Source: an uncultured Candidatus Binatia bacterium (GTDB taxonomy: Bacteria; Desulfobacterota; Binatia; UBA9968; CAXXLF01). From it: DNA of 64,000 nt. Shown piece after piece: positions 62,336-64,000 of the stretch. The DNA is taken from assembly GCA_965218425.1 (NCBI GenBank), contig OZ244621.1, positions 2,880,001-2,944,000 of the forward strand. Direction: 5' to 3'. Position numbers and translations under genes: made by a program. The notes beneath the pieces are model-generated. The model ran no database searches, had not been told where the DNA came from, and was given only the letters and a program-made list of their open reading frames with translations. Within the stretch, counting starts at the first letter, position 1; each line of letters begins with the position of its first letter.

Positions 62336-64000
62336 TCAGTGGCTATCGAATATCTTTTGGTACTCGTCTAGCCTGGACTGAATGCGTTCCATCTCGGCCC
62401 TTGTGGGATGTTCAGGATCGGCAGCCGGGGGCAGGCACCCCAGTTTCATCAAACAGGCCATGAGCAGCACCCGGGCCTTGGTGGCGGTCAGGTTGCTGCC
62501 CGCGATGGCAAGATCATCGGGGCGCTGCGGAGTGAATCCCTCCGCGTTTCCACGCCCCACTTTCACCACCGGCATACCGCACAAAGAGGCTCGCTTGAGG
62601 GCCTCCGATATGGAATTGACTGTGCTGCCGTAGGGCGCTGCGCCCTCTGCAACGAAACCAGCCAGGAGCCCTTCCCTCAGATTCCGGTCGATCAGAGCGT
62701 GAATGCCCACCTCCGTGCTGTTCGATCCACCGTCGCGATAGCGCGCGCTTTTTTCGATGGTCACCATGGGTATGGCGCTTGGGAGGATCCTGCCCCGCCC
62801 GTCTTTGATTTGGACGGAGGTTTGCTCCCAGGTGGAACCGTTTCGGCGGACTCCTGGAACCGTTTCCGGCAGGCGGTTAATGTTGAGCTCTGATGTATGG
62901 GTATGTCGCCTCACTGGTTTGAAGGTGATGGCCGTTGGGCCGTGGCCGACGGTTCCCACCACCCCTCCATGGCCTCCTGTGGCGGTATAGCCTCCGGGCC
63001 TGGCGTCTGCCTTCTGGACTTCCCGTGATGTAAATACCTGCTGGTCCATGATGACCACTGCGCCGATTTCATCTTGCCCGGCGGGGTCCGCCCAGACCCG
63101 GGAGGCGATGTAAGTGACGGAGTCAATGATGTTGCGGTCTCCATCGTTTCCCACCTGGCCGTGGGGTCGCTGTGCCGCGTTGCCCGCAATGGGAACCCGA
63201 GTATCGATTAAAAGATTGAGCCAATAGCAGGTTTCTTCCACGTTGGGGCTACCCTCGAGCCATACACCGCCATCGTATTGCCCGGACCCCATTGCTTCCT
63301 GCACCATATTGATGACCTGGGCGAGGGTCTCCATGGTGGGGGAACAACGCAAATGGCCGGGGCGGTATATAAAAAAGTCTTTGCCGAGGTTTTCCGGCGG
63401 GATATCCCCGGACCCGATATCCGTTCGCTCCGCTTGGGGCAAGCCCTTTCGATAGCCCCCAGAGGGCGCCGGCCGGTAAAAATGAAAATCTGCCATGGAG
63501 GAGAGGATACCCGCGCAGCCGGAGCCACCGACTCCCAGTCGATCAATTTCTTCTACAATGCGAGAGGCGTCGGGATAATAGGGCATTCGGCACATGGCCT
63601 CGGCGGCCTGCGGACTCGCGCAGTCGTTTTCCCATGGTGCGCCGCTGGTCTGCCGGGCCATGTAGGGCAGGGGGTAGAGTCCATCATCGGGTTGGAGGGT
63701 GACCCGGTATACGGGAGTGTCGTTGGACCCTTGACGACTCTCGTGAAAGGCGCCGCCGGCGTCCACGTACCCGTCCGGTGGACCGTAAAGCTCAGTAGAA
63801 TCACGCTCCAGGGGATGGGCGCTAAACTGTTCGATGTAAACCGTCACCGGAGCTGCCAGACGCTGGGGCCGCAGCGTGTCAAAGCGTAATGGCCTTCCAT
63901 TCCCATCCTTGCGAAGGGGTAGTCCGTATTGCTCCCTGGCCTTATTACTGGTGACCAATGGTGGACTGTTCTGTATGGTTGCCGTGGCTCCAGAGAAAAT
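62336..64000 (-). CDS. Asparaginase/glutaminase-domain protein, 5' end probably outside window
   Basis: EGSPNVEETCYWLNL, AAQRP, DGDRNI, EVQK, PVVKVGR and NLTATKARVLLMACL motifs. Confidence 0.75.
   Translation of the reverse strand: MFSGATATIQNSPPLVTSNKAREQYGLPLRKDGNGRPLRFDTLRPQRLAAPVTVYIEQFSAHPLERDSTELYGPPDGYVDAGGAFHESRQGSNDTPVYRVTLQPDDGLYPLPYMARQTSGAPWENDCASPQAAEAMCRMPYYPDASRIVEEIDRLGVGGSGCAGILSSMADFHFYRPAPSGGYRKGLPQAERTDIGSGDIPPENLGKDFFIYRPGHLRCSPTMETLAQVINMVQEAMGSGQYDGGVWLEGSPNVEETCYWLNLLIDTRVPIAGNAAQRPHGQVGNDGDRNIIDSVTYIASRVWADPAGQDEIGAVVIMDQQVFTSREVQKADARPGGYTATGGHGGVVGTVGHGPTAITFKPVRRHTHTSELNINRLPETVPGVRRNGSTWEQTSVQIKDGRGRILPSAIPMVTIEKSARYRDGGSNSTEVGIHALIDRNLREGLLAGFVAEGAAPYGSTVNSISEALKRASLCGMPVVKVGRGNAEGFTPQRPDDLAIAGSNLTATKARVLLMACLMKLGCLPPAADPEHPTRAEMERIQSRLDEYQKIFDSH

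Noticed and set aside
1..64000. Genome-wide TAG recoding
   Set aside because: Many full-length genes end at TAG at their expected C-termini (for example 25078, 26798, 28740, 41609).

Overview
Bacterial genomic window with two interleaved layers. (1) A catabolic and transport backbone: a Rieske oxygenase, four cupins, three UbiD-family (de)carboxylases, a luciferase-like monooxygenase, a molybdopterin hydroxylase large subunit, a heme-oxygenase-like (TenA/PqqC/CADD) enzyme, an amidohydrolase and many substrate-binding proteins. This gene mix is reminiscent of Ca. Binatia-type Deltaproteobacteria (inference only). (2) Mobile and defence DNA: two type II R-M pairs (one endonuclease has an in-frame TAG), an Mrr-like nuclease, an MmeI-like type IIG enzyme, three IS3 elements, IS630, IS481, IS110 and IS1595 remnants, and a strongly reduced Mu-like prophage end with a methyltransferase-HNH gene between portal and gpF. 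The most unusual item is a decapitated IS1595-family element (48266-50086). Its cargo is a non-canonical tRNA-like gene (Leu-like D arm, no long variable arm, UGG anticodon, C33) directly downstream of a coiled-coil/winged-helix gene, divergent from dinD. All calls come from reading motifs by eye; no searches were run.
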